NCBI RefSeq assembly: GCF_963921235.1
Contig: NC_086101.1
Coordinates: 868,001 to 932,000, forward strand
Direction: 5' to 3'
Source: Mobula hypostoma
Lineage: Eukaryota
DNA length: 64,000 nt
Shown: piece after piece, positions 39,601 to 53,589 of the stretch
Layout: each line of letters opens with the position of its first letter
Position numbering within the stretch: the stretch's first letter is position 1
The notes under the pieces: model-generated
The model's database searches: none
What the model was told of the DNA's origin: nothing
What the model saw: the letters and a program-made list of their open reading frames with translations, nothing else
Made by a program: the position numbers and the translations under genes

Positions 39601-42600
39601 ATATAAAAAAAAATCATTTTGAACCTCTGTGACCTCTGGCTAAAGGAGTAATTGGGACTGAATTGGAATTTTTGAACTGTAGTAAACTCCCATCTTCAGC
39701 AGTTAGCTAAGACCAGCTCACTACCAATTCTCTGCGGCTTGCAGAGAGACAGACTGAGAGCTGATAAGGTTATACATTGTACCCTCGTTTGAGTAAAGGG
39801 AGGACTCCTCACTGATAAGGACAGGAATGTCTGTAATTATGTCAGGGCCTTGCAAAGGGAATAACTGATAAGGACTAGACAGTACATCCATCCATAATTA
39901 AAACCTTGATTTAGCGAACTCTTTTATCTAAGTAATTAGGTTTTGCACCAACAGACTTGGTGGGCGTACCAGTTCAAATAACATCTTGCAATAGTAATGT
40001 ATGGGGCTTACTACGTATAAATATACGGCTGTAACCTGACTAAGTCAGTCCACTTGTGAGATGGTGGCAGTGCTTACGTGCCTTCCCTTTGTCAACTGGG
40101 TCTCAAACTCCTGCAGGAGAATGCGGAATAAACTGTGGTGACAATAAGAAGCTGGTCTCCCGAGTTTTATTCAGATTCAACTTTAACATTTAGCGTCACG
40201 AACAGGATCCCAATATAGGGAGTGCCAAGCAGGCAGGGTGAGTAAGTGGCTGGACCTCTCTGGGGACTGCGGAGACCGACCGGGCGCCCAATAGGTATTT
40301 TACCTTTTGTCACTCTCCGTTAGTTCCTTTGGAGGTACGGTGCATCCCCCAAAGCTGATCGCATACCTTGACAGGATCAGGAAAGAATCTGTTGGGAGAC
40401 TCATATAAGGTAGGCAAAATTTTACTAAGTAGGCAGGAGACAGTACCGGGTAAGTTTATCAATTGAGCAGGAGGTGCCAGCCGGATAAATTTATCTGATT
40501 GTTAATTGAGCAGGAGGCTTTGTGCCGGGTAAATTACTTAGAGAACATGGGTGAGAGTTTTCCAGACAAGGAAAAAGATTTGCGAATGTTGAGTGCAGCA
40601 CTGAATAAGAAATTGGGGAACAAAATGTGGCCACTGGGGGAGGAAACTGGGCTATTACCTCATGAGAAGAAGCAGTAAATTTGATATGGAAAAACTATGG
40701 AAAGAAGTGGAAATTGTTGATAAAGGAATGGAAGGAAAAGGCAGATATAAAGTGGAACAGTATATTATTAGCAAGTTGGAGGAATAATGCATGTGATAAA
40801 GGGATAGAGGTATGTACTGCAGAAGGAACGCCAAAGGTTGGGAGACGCTAAAAGCGCAGCGTGAATGGGCGGATGGGCGCCGAAAACAAGAGCAGGAAAA
40901 ACAACGTAAGCAAACCAAGGCCGGCCTTGATAGGAGAGAAGGGCGGGAACGTCAGTCTAAAGTTCGATCTGACAGGGAAACAAGGGATCCCGAAACCATG
41001 TCTGGCATACCGACCCTGTTTGAGGACAGTGACCATGATGAGGAGTGGGCACCCACCGTACCCCCCACCTTACCAGGGGCCAAGTGCATCCAAGGTTCCC
41101 GAACCCCAATCCTCCCAGTACTCAGATACAGTGGCCGCTCGGGTAAAACAGCGGCGGCAGGAAAGGGAAGGCTCCCTATACCCTGAGATCCAGAAAGGGA
41201 ATACAGAGGATTATCCCGAGACAGGGAGGGAAGAATCCAATAAAACTCCAGAGTTAATGGCTCCACAAAGACCACTGTGTACCCGAATGCTGCCCAATCC
41301 ACGAGCAGGAGGGACATCCCTCAGTGATTCCTGTGTATGCACCCTGGAAGCCTCAAAAATGATACTGATTATGAATCCAGCACCAGATAGAAAAGAAAAA
41401 CCAGCACAACTTTCTCAGTATGTCCGCAGTACTATACAAATGTATAATACGACCCTGCAAGATTTATTCGGTCTCTGCTGCATGATTCTCTCAGCTGATG
41501 AGGGACGGAAATGGAAGGCAGAATTGAGATACCAAACCTATTAGTAGTTACAGGTGGGAAACCATAATGAGAATGAACAGACAGACCAGATTATTCAAGC
41601 CCTGGAAAGGGCTCTCCAGCACCCTGTAAACATCACTAAAGTACTTTAGTGCAAACCTAAGCCCGGGGAATCAGGACCAGACTATCGGGAGCGATTTGTG
41701 GCCTGCTACAGCAATTTCGCAGGAGACCAAGCATTTAATTAATGGGAATTCATTCCCCCCTGCCCGTTAATGCCTACTGCTCCAATGCTTACCAATTAAG
41801 TTAGCCAACATGATTAAAACTAATAATACAAATTGGCCTGACAATGACCAAATTTGAATGCGACGAGCTTTGACATATTATTGGGTCCCAGTTTTCGAAT
41901 CCGAATCAATGGCGAAAGGAACTAATATTAAAGATGAATACGTTAATTAGCAAGAGCTGTATAACTCATCTCCTTCTACCTTAGGCCACAAACTTATCAA
42001 TCACCCCTGCTGTGGACACTTTCTGGAGGTCCAAGATCTGTATGCTCCACGACCACTGGACTAAGTGTGTAAATGTGGGGGGGGCGGACGATGTTGAAAA
42101 ATACATGTACTAGGTTTTCTAAAATTGACTCCTTCTACCTTAGGCCATGAACTTATCAATCACCCCTCATACTCACCGCTGTACAGCTACCTCGAGTTTT
42201 GGCTATTATTAAATGTGCAGACCACACCCACATATCTGACTGGGTCACTAAAGGCAATACTTTAGCAGATAAGACAGCAAAAGGTGTGGTATAATCCTCG
42301 GTAGTTGTAGTCCCCTCGGGTTTCCATCAAGCAACCTTCCGTGACTTAAGCAGAGGGGTTTGCCAGACATGCGGGAGATTCGTACTTTCAGGGGGACGCC
42401 TCTGAGGAGGAGAGCAAACTGTGGTCCCAGATGGGGTGCCAGAAAGACCCCGACCTAGGCTTTTGGATCACCCCAGTGGGACAGGTTTGTGTTCCTACAC
42501 AGTTTTTACCAATATTGGTCGATTATATACATGATTGTACACACCTGGGAAAGGCGGGAATGGTTGGTAACCTGTACCCTGCACACCGGGTACGACTCCC

Positions 42601-44451
42601 TTGCCAGGTGAACCTTTTTTGCGTCTACAAGTTGATTTTATTGAATTGCCTAGAGTATATTGCTATAGATACTGCTTAGTTATTATAGATGCGTTTAGTA
42701 GCTGGACTGAAGCTATTCCAACTACCAATAATACTGCTATGACTGTTGAGAAGGTATTATTACGGGAAATAATTCCCAGGTACGGCCTGCCAGAGATGCT
42801 GAGCTCTGACAATGGCCCACACTTTGTGGCAAAAGTAAACGAAGACGTATGTAACAAACTAGCTATCAAGCAACAATTCTACTGTGTACACCTCCCACAG
42901 GCCACTGGCATAATGGAAGGAACCAATGGCACTCTGAAGAGTAAACTGGCCAAACTAACGGCGGAGACTGGACTCACTTAGTTGAAGGTCCTACCGTTAG
43001 CCCTATTCCACATGAGGGTTACCCCGCAGGGGAAAACAGGGTTGTCACCAGCTGAAATCATTTCTGGATGGCCCACGAGGACACCCTGGGGACCAAGACC
43101 TTGTGTACCATTGCTCCCAGAAAGTCTACCAGCAAAATTGGATATGCATACCCTCGGGGAAGAGATGGGGAAATATATATGGCAACTAACCAAGATTTTC
43201 CAAGCATTACATTCACAGGTATGATAGGCTTACAAGGAAGAGAACTACCCCACAGAGAGGAGAGACTATCCCACCATAGAACCTGGGAATTTTGTCCTGA
43301 TCAGGAACTTGGACCTCAGTGCAGAGGACCATATCAGGTGTTACTGACCACTCCCAAAGCTGTGAAACTGAAGGGGCAATCTCGGTGGATACATTGAACA
43401 GACTGCAAACGTGTTACTGAAGGAACTGAGTAGAAGGACTCTCTCGGACTAAAGGAAAATGTATTGGTTGATAGTGGTGTTCGTGTTTATCGCTTTGACA
43501 GGGCTCACCCCAGCATCTGGGGGCCCCCATGTTAACACCTTTCTGTCTCTCTGCCACACCTATGCCAAACAGGTAGAACTAGGGGCCCGCTGGGTTTGTG
43601 CCGAAATTCCGCAGCATGGTAAAACTATGATTCCAATGCCAGTAATCCCGCTCAACCAGAGTGAGGAACTCTCAGCCTGGGCTTTCTCAAATAACACCCA
43701 GGGAAGTGAGGTGAGAACCTGTGGTCCAGTCAGAGATGACTGTGGCTGTCAGTATTTTCAGGGATGGTATCTCAGGCCCCCACTGAATGGAACTTCCAAT
43801 ACTGGGAAACATGCATTCTGGCCATACCTGCAGGTGCCAGCAGCGGAGAAGAATAACTGAGACAGAGCGATTTTGGATGATCACTTTTCTCTCATACAGA
43901 GTAGCCAGGAATTCACAAGAGATAATCAATTTGACTACAGCGCTTGAGGAGCTGGCCACAATACTGCAGGGGCCCTGACAGAAACACAGGCCCAAGTAGC
44001 AGAAATATCCACTGAAATGATTGCAATCCGGCAAACAGTCCTACAGAATCGTATGGCTTTAGATTTTATCCTGGCTGAGAACTTGTGCTATTATTGACAC
44101 AGAATGCTGCACCTATATCCCTGATGAGTCTACTAACATTACATCCCTCTCCGAGCACACTGCCAAGGAGATTGCAACATTAAGAAAGTAGGGGTGGATT
44201 TACATGGGTTCACTGAAGGGTTGAAATGGTGGTCTTCGAAGGCCTGTTCAGTAATATGTGGGGCATGATATTGCATTATGGCCTAATAGTTGTACATATC
44301 ATTGTTATAATTACTGTTGTACGCTGTTTTTACCCACTGATAAGTCAATGTCGTCCTCGGTTGCTTTCTCCGGAAAAATTAATGTTTTGTTAATCATGTA
44401 ATGATCAAAAGGAGGGAATGATAAAGTATGTAAAAGGGTTAACACTTTGTT

Positions 44452-44994
44452 ATACTTTATACTTTATTGTCGCCAAACAATTGATACTAGAGCATACAAT
44501 CATCACAGCGATATTTGATTCTGCACTTCGCGCTCCCTGGAGTACAAATTAATAGTAAATAGTAAAAATTTAAATTATGAATCATAAATAGAAAATAGAA
44601 AAGGGAAAGTAAAGTAGTGCAAAAACCCCAGAGGCAGGTCCGGATATTTGGAGGGTCCGGCCCAGATCCGGGTCAGGATCCGTTCAGCAGTCTTATCATA
44701 GTTGGAAAGAAGCTGTTCCCAAATCTGGCCGTACGAGTCTTCAAGCTCCTGAACCTTCTCCCGGAGGTAAGAGGGACAAAAAGTGTGTTGGCTGGGTGGG
44801 TCGTGTCCTTGATTATCCCAGCAGCACTGCTCCGACAGCGTGCAGTGTAAAGTGAGTCCAAGGACAGAAGATTGGTTTGTGTGATGTGCTGCGCCGTGTT
44901 CACGATCTTCTGCAGCTTCTTCTGGTCTTGGACAGGAAACTTCCATACCAGGTTGTGATGCACCCGAGAAGAATGCTTTCTACGGAGCATCTAT
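44452..44994 (-). mobile_element. Rex1-type LINE 3' fragment in the ERV-B 3' LTR
   Basis: ORF 44673-44990 (LQKIVNTAQ...NSFFPTMIRLLN). Empty site at about 18622 in copy A. Confidence 0.9.
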
Positions 44995-45588
44995 AAACAA
45001 TGGCAGCCTGTTTTTCTGAAAGAAACTGCTGATGATCAACAGATGTGCTAAGCCATATTTCTTCTTGAGGGTAGCTAGCTAGGATTTCAGGATGCTTATC
45101 TCCTTGTACACTCATGCATAGAGATAAGACAGCTTCAGTCTGTTCTGTGTGTGTAAGCCATTATGACTATATTGTAGTTAGTCTTTAGGGGCTGTCACAT
45201 AGTAAATAACTTTGGTTCCAGCCTGTCTTGTGTGGGGGGTATCTGGATGGATATACTGTGGTGTAAGGGAAATTGTTAGTCAGTGGATTGGGCAGGAACA
45301 GTTATAGACTGTTCCTGTTTGAGCCACTAACTGAGTAAGCTCTGGGTGCTTGGAATAAAGAGTTTGTACTTAGACGGTCTCTGAGTGACTTTATCTGGAT
45401 TCGACTTCCACAGAATGGGAGTGGTTTTAAATGGCTGGGCTATCAGACCTGGAATGATTGCAACTGGGTCTGACAGAGGCATAACTTGTACTACTGGGCA
45501 CATTCAGTCTCACTCCAACTATTTCCTACCTTCCCTTCTACAGGTATGTAATGTCTAAAGGACCAGTGTTTGAGTAAATGAGACTCAC

Positions 45589-45690
45589 CAAACTTTCTCC
45601 TGACTGAATCACTTGTTGCTGTTCCCTCGTCTTCAGAAGTGGTTTGCTTCCAGTTGGGGTTTTTCTTCCAATAAACCTCTCACCGGAGGT
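45589..45690 (-). other. Putative upstream exon of ZNF-B
   Basis: Same acceptor and GTGAGT donor as 19221-19370, with a 48-bp length difference. Confidence 0.5.
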
Positions 45691-46482
45691 CTAACTTTAA
45701 CCTGAAAGATAATGAAATACATTAACAATAAAAATGAGAACCAAACATTTCCGCTTAATACTACTAAGAACAAAACTCACTGAAATTTAAACGTTGAAAT
45801 TAAATATAATGATCTCAGTGAACAATCTTTTATTGCACCTCACACATCACAAAATGATATGGGATAGGAAGGTGCCATCATTCAGTCATGTTAAGACATA
45901 AGACACAAGAACAGAATTTGGTGATTCGATCCATCTAGGCTGCCCCACCACTCAACCATGGCTGAGTTTTATTCCAACACCATATTCCTGCCTTCCCCCT
46001 GTACCCTGAAACTACTTAGCAATCATGAATATATCAATCTCTGTCATAAATGTACCGAAATGGCAGCCTCAGCGGCAAAAAATTCTACAGAACAGACATC
46101 TCTTGGCCAAAAATTTTTTCTCATCTCAGTTTTAAAGGGAAGCATCTGTATTCTGAGACTGTGCTGTCAGATCACAGACGCTCCGTCTAATGTAAACATC
46201 CTCTCCATGTCCACCGTATCCAGGCTTTTCAGCATTCGGTAGGTTTACTTAGCCATACATCCCTCCACCACCCCCACCGTCCCTCTGAACTCCATTGAAC
46301 ACAGGTCCAGAACCATCAAATGCTCCTCATACATAACGCCGATCATTCCTGAGATTATTCTTGTAAACCTTGTTAGCAACAACTGTACTGAACACATTTC
46401 CAGGAATAATGGACAAACTGGTACCAGGATAATTTACAGGGAATGTTGGGGTTTCTTTACTGTTCTACAGAATGAGCCATTA

Positions 46483-49400
46483 CCTTTCTTTTCTTTCTTT
46501 TCCAATCTTTTTTATTAATTTTCAAAATTATAAACATAGCAACAATATTAATGAACAGAGATTGAAATTACATTATTAATAATTAACATTACAACTATAG
46601 TATTGATAATAATACAGAAGTATAAAGCTTCCCCAAACTCTAAATATAATTAAACATGATAAAGGGATAAATGAGAAAAAAATCTAAAAAAAACCCCAAA
46701 TTAGAAAAAAAAAGGACATTGTAGCGGTGTGCTACACACAGCGCTAAAATAACCACATGTAGTTAGTGAGTTAGAGTTGCGATGAAAGAAATTTATTCAA
46801 ACTTCACGTCCTGCTTTAAAGCCTTCCCATTCCCGCCCTCCCTGGGCGGGACTACTATGGGGAATGCATATTCCCAGACCCTTTCCACACACGGGATTTT
46901 CCCCCGCTGAAAATGGCCTGGTGTCCCTTTTGCGGCCGGCCTCTCTGCCTGCGCGCGCTGTTTCGTGAGCCGGTTCGTGTGTGCTAGAAAGTGGGTCACC
47001 ACTTCACCCCCACCAGAACCGGCGATACCTCCCCCAATGTCCACAGTCTGGATCGGCCTCTGTTTTGGAGGTCTGCCCCTGCACCGCGGTGCCTGAGCCT
47101 GGACCGGCTGGGCCAAGTCCACATGGGCCGGTTTGAGTCGGTCCACCGTGAAAACCTCCTCTCTCCCCCCAATGTCCAGCACGAACCCGTTGTTCCTGAT
47201 CACCTTAAACGGCCCCTCGTAGGGCCGCTGTAGCGGTGCCCGGTGTCCGCCCCGTCGTACAAAAAGAAACTTACAGTTCTGCAGGTTTTTGGGTACGCAG
47301 GTCGGGCTCTGTCCGAGCTGTGAAGTGGGTATGGGGGCCAGGTTACCGAGCCTCGCCCGTAGTCTGTCCAGGACTGCTGTGAGTTCTTCCTCTTGCCCCC
47401 TTGGGGCTGGTATGAACTCCCCTGGGACGACCAGGGGTGCGCCGTACACCAACTCGGCCGACAAGATGTGCAGATCCTCCTTGGGCACCGTGCGAATTCT
47501 GAACAGGACCCAGGGAAGTTCATCCACCCAGTTAGGCCCCTCCAGGCGGGCCATGAGAGCCGACTTCAGGTGACGGTGGAAACGCTACTGTGAGTGGTAG
47601 GCAGTTGTGTGGTGTAGCTGTGTTCCTAAAAGGCTGGCCATAGCTGACCTCAGGCTGGAGGTGAACTGGGCGCCCCTGTCAGAGGTAATGTGGGCCGGTA
47701 CCCCCGAAGCGGGCTACCCAGGTTGCGATCAGTGCTCAGGCGCAGGATTCGGAGGTGGTGTCGGTGAGCAGGACTGCCTCTGGCCATCTGGTGAACCGGT
47801 CTATCATAGTTAGGAGGTACCACGCTCCTCGCGACACTGGCAGGGGCCTCACGATACCCACGTGAATGTGGTCAAACCTCCAGCGGGGCTCTGGTGTGCC
47901 GCTGCACCTTGGCCGTTGGGCACTGCATGCACATTTTGGCCCATTCGCTGACCTGTTTACGCAGCCCATGCCACACGAACCTGTTGGCGACCAGCCGGAC
48001 GGTTGTCCTGATGGAGGGGTGCGCTAAGTTGTGAACGGATTCGAAAACCCGCTGGCGCCAGGCTGCTGGGACGACGGGGCAGGGTTGGCCGGTAGCTACG
48101 TCACACAGTAGGGTCCTCTCACCTGGGCCTACGGGGAGGTCTTGGAGCTGCAAACCGGAGACCGCAGTTCTGTAACTAGGGATCTCATCGTCTGCCTGCT
48201 GTGCCTCTGCCTGCGCTGCATAGTCCACCCCCTGGGACAGGGCCTGTATGGTAGGTGTGGATAGTGCGTCCACCACGACGTTGTCCTTTCCCGAGACATG
48301 CCAGATGTCCATCGTGTACTCGGAGATGTAGGACAGATGTCCATCGTGTACTCGGAGATGTAGGACAGATGTCACTACTGGCAGGACGACCAGGGGTCAG
48401 ACACCTTCGTGAACGCAAAGGTAAACGGTTTGTGGTCTGTGAACGCGGTGAAGGGCCTACCTTCTAAGAAGTACCTGAAATGCCAGATTGCCAGGTATAT
48501 TGCCAATAGCTTCTGGTCGAAAGCACTGTATTTGAGTTTGGGTGGTCGTAGGTGTTTGCTGAAGAACGCCAGGGGTTGCCAGCGACCCTCGATGAGTTGT
48601 TCCAGCACTCCACTGACTGCTGTGTTGGATGCTTCCACCGTGAGGGCAGTAGGAACATCCGTTCTGGGGTGCACTAGCATCGTGGCATTTGTCAAGGCTT
48701 CTTTGGTTTTAACGAAAGCAGCTGCGGCCTCTTCATCCCAGATAATGTCCTTGCCCTTACCTGACATCAGAGTGAACAGGGGGCGCATGGTTTGGGCTGC
48801 TGAGGGGAGGAAACGGTGGTAGAAATTCACCATACCCACGAATTCCTCAACTTGTGCAGCTGTCTCCTGGTCGAGGGAGCTCAGCACGTAGTAGTAGCGA
48901 GTGGACTCCGAGGTTATCTGCCAAATGTGGAATTGAGCTTCTGCTTGTTCAAACCACAGACGGGGTCACAGCGGCCAAAAGTTTTAATGAAACTGCGTGA
49001 ACAGATGTGGCGTCTGTCATCTCTGGTCCAAATATCGTTTGGGCCGTCGGGGTCACCAATTGTAGCGGTGTGCTACACACAGCGCTAAAATAACCACACG
49101 TAGTCGGTGAGTTAGAGTTGCGATGAAAGAGATTTATTCAAACTTCGCGGCCTGCTCTAAAGCCTTCCTGTTCCGCCCTCCCTGGGTGGGACTACTGTGG
49201 GGAATGCATATTCCCAGACCCTTTCCGCGCGCGGGATTTTCCCCCAGCTGGTGAAGATGGCCTGGTGCCCTTTTTGCGGCCGGCCTCTCTGCCTGCGCGC
49301 GCTGTTTCGTGAGCCGGTTCGTGTGTGCTAGAAAGTGGGTTGCCACAACATATTGATTAACTAAGCGATATTAACCTAAACTAAATAAAACTAAAAAAAA

Positions 49401-51722
49401 ACAGAACTATAGAAAAAAAAAGACAGGCTAACATATTACATTGGATAGAATCATTAATGTCATTAACTCCACTCCTCTATCCATGTATTTTAAGTTAAAA
49501 AAAGGATTTGAAAAGGTCAAACTACATCATATGGAAATGTTGAATAAATGGTCTCCAAGTTTCTTCAAATTTAATCAAAGGGTCAGAGGTGCCATTTCTA
49601 ATTTTCTGTAAATTTAAACAAGATATAGTTTGAGAAAACCATTGAAATATAGTAGGGGGATTGACCTCTTTCCAGTTCAATAAGAAAAATGTTGTAGCCA
49701 TTAATGTTAAAAAAGCAATCATCCGACAGGCTGAAGGGGAGAAGTAACTATCATCCATCATTGGTAACCCAAAAATTGCAGTGACAGGGTGTGGTTGTAA
49801 ATTAATACGCAAAACAGCAGAAATAATATCAAAGATATCTTTCCAATATTTATGCAAGAAAGGACAAGACCAAAACATATGAGTCAAGGAAGCAACTTCA
49901 GAATGGCATCTATCACAAATTGGGCTTATATATGAATAGAAATGAGCTAATTTGTCTTTAGACATATGTGCCTTATGCACCACTTTAAATGGTATCAATG
50001 TATGTTTAGCACATAAAGAGGACATATTAACTAATAAAACATTTTTCCCCATTTTTCTAAAGGTAAATGAAGTTGGAGTTCTCTTTCCCATTCAATCTTA
50101 ATTTTATCAGATATACCTGAATTTATTTTCATAGTCAAATCATAAATGAATGCTATTAAACCCTTCTGAAAAGGATTTAAACTTAGAATTTTTTCCACAA
50201 TATCAATTGGATGTGAAGTTGGAAATGTGGGTAAATTAATATTTTAAAAGTTTCTAATTTGTAGATATCTGAAAAAGTGAGACCTAGGCAAATTATATTT
50301 ATTAGATAACTGTTCAAAAGACATGAAACAGTTATCCAAAAATAAATCATGAAAGCTTCATCTACCCTTCCTTTTCCATACCGAAAAAGCTTGATCTATA
50401 ATAGAAGGTTGAAAGAGAAAAATGAGACGTAATAGGGCTTGATAAAATAAATTGGGTCAAGCAAAAAAATTTTACGAAATTGAAACCATATTCGTATTGT
50501 ATGTTTAATTATTGGATTAACCATTTGTTTAATTAATTTAGAAATAACAAATGGTAAAGAAGTCCCTAAAATGGAAGTCAAAGAAAATCCTTTTATAGAT
50601 TTACTTTCCAGGTTTACCCCTTGTGGGTGTAAAGCTATATCCAAATCTTGTGTCCAAAATATTAAATATCGGATATTAATTGCCAAATTTGGTAAATCTA
50701 AAATTTGGTAAAGCGAAATGACCGTCCTTTTTAGACTTCTGTAAAGATTTTTTTTACTTAACCTAGGATTTTTGTTCTGCCATATATATGAAGATATTTT
50801 AGAATCTAAAGTATCAAAAAAGGATTTAGAAATAAAAATTGATAATGCTTGAAACAAGCATAAAAATTTTGGTAGGAGAATCATCTTAATAGCGTTAATT
50901 TGACCAAGCATTGATAGAAACAATGGGGACCACTTAATAAAAATTTGATTAATTTGATCAATTAAAGGTAAAAAATTATGCTTGAATAAATCCTTATGTT
51001 TTAGTAATTTTAACACCCAGATAAGTAAAATAATCAATAACCAGTCTGAATGGTGAACATCTTTAAATTGGAACCAGCATATTTAAAGGGAAGAGTTCAC
51101 TCTTATTAAGGTTCAAGCTGTAGCCCAAAAAATTACTGAACTTATCAATCAAGGATAGAAGTGCCGGAATAGATTTTTCAAGGTTAGAAATGTGCAGTAA
51201 TAAATCATCAGCGTATAGTGATAACTTATATGTTTCATTCCCATGAGCGATAACAAATATATTAGTTGATTCACGAATAGCAATGGACTAAGAGGGCAAC
51301 CTTGCCTGGTGCTGCGAAACAACTTAGAAAAGGGAGATCTTTGATTATTGGTAAATACCGACGTCGAATAGGTAAGGTATATTAATTTAATCCAAGATAT
51401 AAATGTCGGACTAAAATTAAATTTTTCAAGCACACTAAATAAATATGACCATTCAACCCTGTCAAACACTTTCTCAGCATCTAGTGAAATGACACATTTT
51501 GAATTTCTAGATGAAGTATAAACAGTATTCATTAATCTCCTAATATTTAAAAAAAAATAATGATTTTTAATAAATCCCGTCTGATCAACAGAAATAATTT
51601 GAGGCAATACTTCTTCCAATCTGGTCGCTAATATTTTAGAAAAAATCTTGGAATCTACATTCAACATGATATAGGCCTATGTGATGCACATTCAGTGGGA
51701 TCTTTATCTTCCTTAAGATTAA
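46483..51722 (-). mobile_element. L1-clade LINE (fish-type), 5'-truncated ORF2 plus 3' UTR, interrupted by a Gypsy element
   Basis: Motifs LNVDSKIFSK, DQTGFI, SLDAEKVFDRVEW, RQGCPLSPLLF, YADD and C-terminal CDRC...HMFWSC. AATAAA and an A-rich tail at 46483-46515 on the minus strand. Confidence 0.9.
46720..49347 (-). mobile_element. Gypsy LTR retrotransposon (CsRn1-like), internally deleted, both LTRs present
   Basis: LTRs at 46720-47003 and 49061-49347, with TSD ACAT on both sides. PBS TGGTGACCCCGACG (tRNA-Trp). Gag start is fused to the RH region (FTDHKP), followed by IN (DRFTRWPEA, PYEGPF). Confidence 0.92.
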
Positions 51723-52776
51723 GAAAAAATTTTTCTCATCTCAGTTTTAAAGGGAAGCATCTTTATTCTGAGACTCTGCTGTCAGATCACAGACTCTCTG
51801 TCTAATGGAAACATCCTCTCCATGTCCACTGTATCCAGGCTTTTCAGCATCGGTAGGTTCCCTCCACCATCCCCACCGTCCCTCTGAACTCCATTGAACA
51901 CAGGTCCAGAACCATCAAATGCTCCTCATACATAAAGCCAGTCATTCCTGAGATTATTCATGTGAACCCTGTTAGCAACAACTGAACTGAACACATTTCC
52001 AGGAATAACAGACAAATTGGTACTAGCATAATTTACAGGGAAAAGTTGTGCTTTCTTTACTGTTCTGCAATCACAGGACGAGCCATTTCCATTCCCAGGT
52101 TAAAACAGGTCCATTTCAGGAAATATAAACCAGTCCAGGGTGAATGTAATAAAAAGAAACTGGAACTACCAGAAATGCTCAGCAGGTAAGGAACAAACTT
52201 TACAATTCACGTTAATAACGTTTCGTCAGAATGACTTCAAACATTTTCAGTTTTTAGTGCAGATCTCCAGCGACTTGAGATTCTGCTTGATTTCCACCAA
52301 GTGACAGTGGAGGGGGGGGATTTCCAAATACAGTCTATTTCTACTGTTGTAAACACGGAACAGCCCATTCACTCATAGCCTCTCCCTGTGAGGATAGAAT
52401 GGGAACTCATCCCGTCCTCAGATTAGCAGTCATTGCTTCCAAAGGAACTCCAGAAACAAACATCTGATCCCAGACCAGAAATACTCGCTCATAAATCTGG
52501 GCAGCTCGATCCCCGGGTCCATTTTACCTGGATCAACAACTGTGATGTCCCGGGACCCAACCTCACAGAGTCACACAGCTGAATCTGCCACTCACCGACC
52601 CTGGGAGTCTCAGACATCATCCTCGCATCTCACAATGGGTAGTGCAGTCCGGGATTTCCCCACAACCAATGTCCAGCTGCTTGAAATTTCTGCTTCATTG
52701 CAGAAGGACGACCATCCAGCCCCATCTGTAGAAGCACTAACCAAAGTCAAAGCCAAAACACCAACAGTTCCATATA

Positions 52777-52871
52777 AACACACATAAAAGCTGCTGGTGA
52801 ACGCAGCAGGCCAGGCAGCTTCTATAGGAAGAAACAGTCGACTTTTCGGGCCGAGACCTTTCGTCAGAACT
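52777..52871 (-). mobile_element. Short Penelope pLTR-derived insertion with a degenerate hammerhead (52836-52871)
   Basis: Absent from block A near 22465. Minus strand reads AGTT-CTGACGA...GAAA-AGTC-GACT. Confidence 0.82.
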
Positions 52872-53589
52872 GGAATGTAGATCACAGGATTATAGCCCAA
52901 GCACCCATTCTCCCAGTACTCTTTGCTGACAGTAAACTGTCAGCCAGTCACAGTTCCAAAACTAGCTCCTCCACACCAATGTAAACTTAAAGTTGCAGAA
53001 CAGAACTAGTATCTGATGATCCCCTAACTTCTAGCTTTTGTTACCTTCCAGCTAACAAAAACCGATTCTGGAAATAAATCAGCAAGGGCAAAGGTGCAAA
53101 AGAACACTTCACAATGAAGACAAAGATTAGATGAAAAATTGCTGATATATAACATTGAGGTGGTGGGATACAGGGTGGACCGAGGTTGACCCAGATGGTT
53201 GATGTATATCACTGAAACCGGGGGTGGGGTGGGGTGAGGTGGGGTTAGGAGATTGTAGAGGTTGAACAAGATGGGCGGGAATGAGCAGATGGAACCAGGT
53301 GGGAGAAGGGATCAAGGACAATCACTGATGATCCTCCAGAAATACACAGATATCATTATGTGCCCAGAGAGAATGGGTCAAAACGTGTTCTCACGGGTGG
53401 AAAGGTCTAGAACAAGAGGACACATAAAATGCTGGAGGAACTCAGCAGGCCAGGCAGCATCTATGGAAAAAAGTACTAATGCAGATTTTCTCTTGTTTGT
53501 GATTAGAAGTAGAACAAAGGTGATTTTCTTAACCGGTGATGCAAAAGATTTTGCTCCCTTTCTCCGAGTTCCCAATCCTTGCATTTAGA

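Larger units (their letters stand above)
39151..45412 (+). mobile_element. Class I endogenous retrovirus, copy B, with a more complete leader and gag
   Basis: 5' LTR to 40188, PBS 40191-40208, donor CAGG|GTGAGT at about 40238, gag ATG 40547 (MGESF), PPPY late motif at about 41063. IN about 42500-43430. Env ATG 43459 with signal peptide, LQNRMALDFILAE and CAIIDTECC. PPT 44407-44418, 3' LTR 44419-45412 split by Rex1. Confidence 0.92.

Noticed and set aside
43459..44345. Env as a co-opted syncytin-like gene
   Set aside because: The frame ends after 133 aa, most of SU is deleted and TM is frameshifted. Copy B has CWVC>RWVC and copy A has a CR1 in TM.
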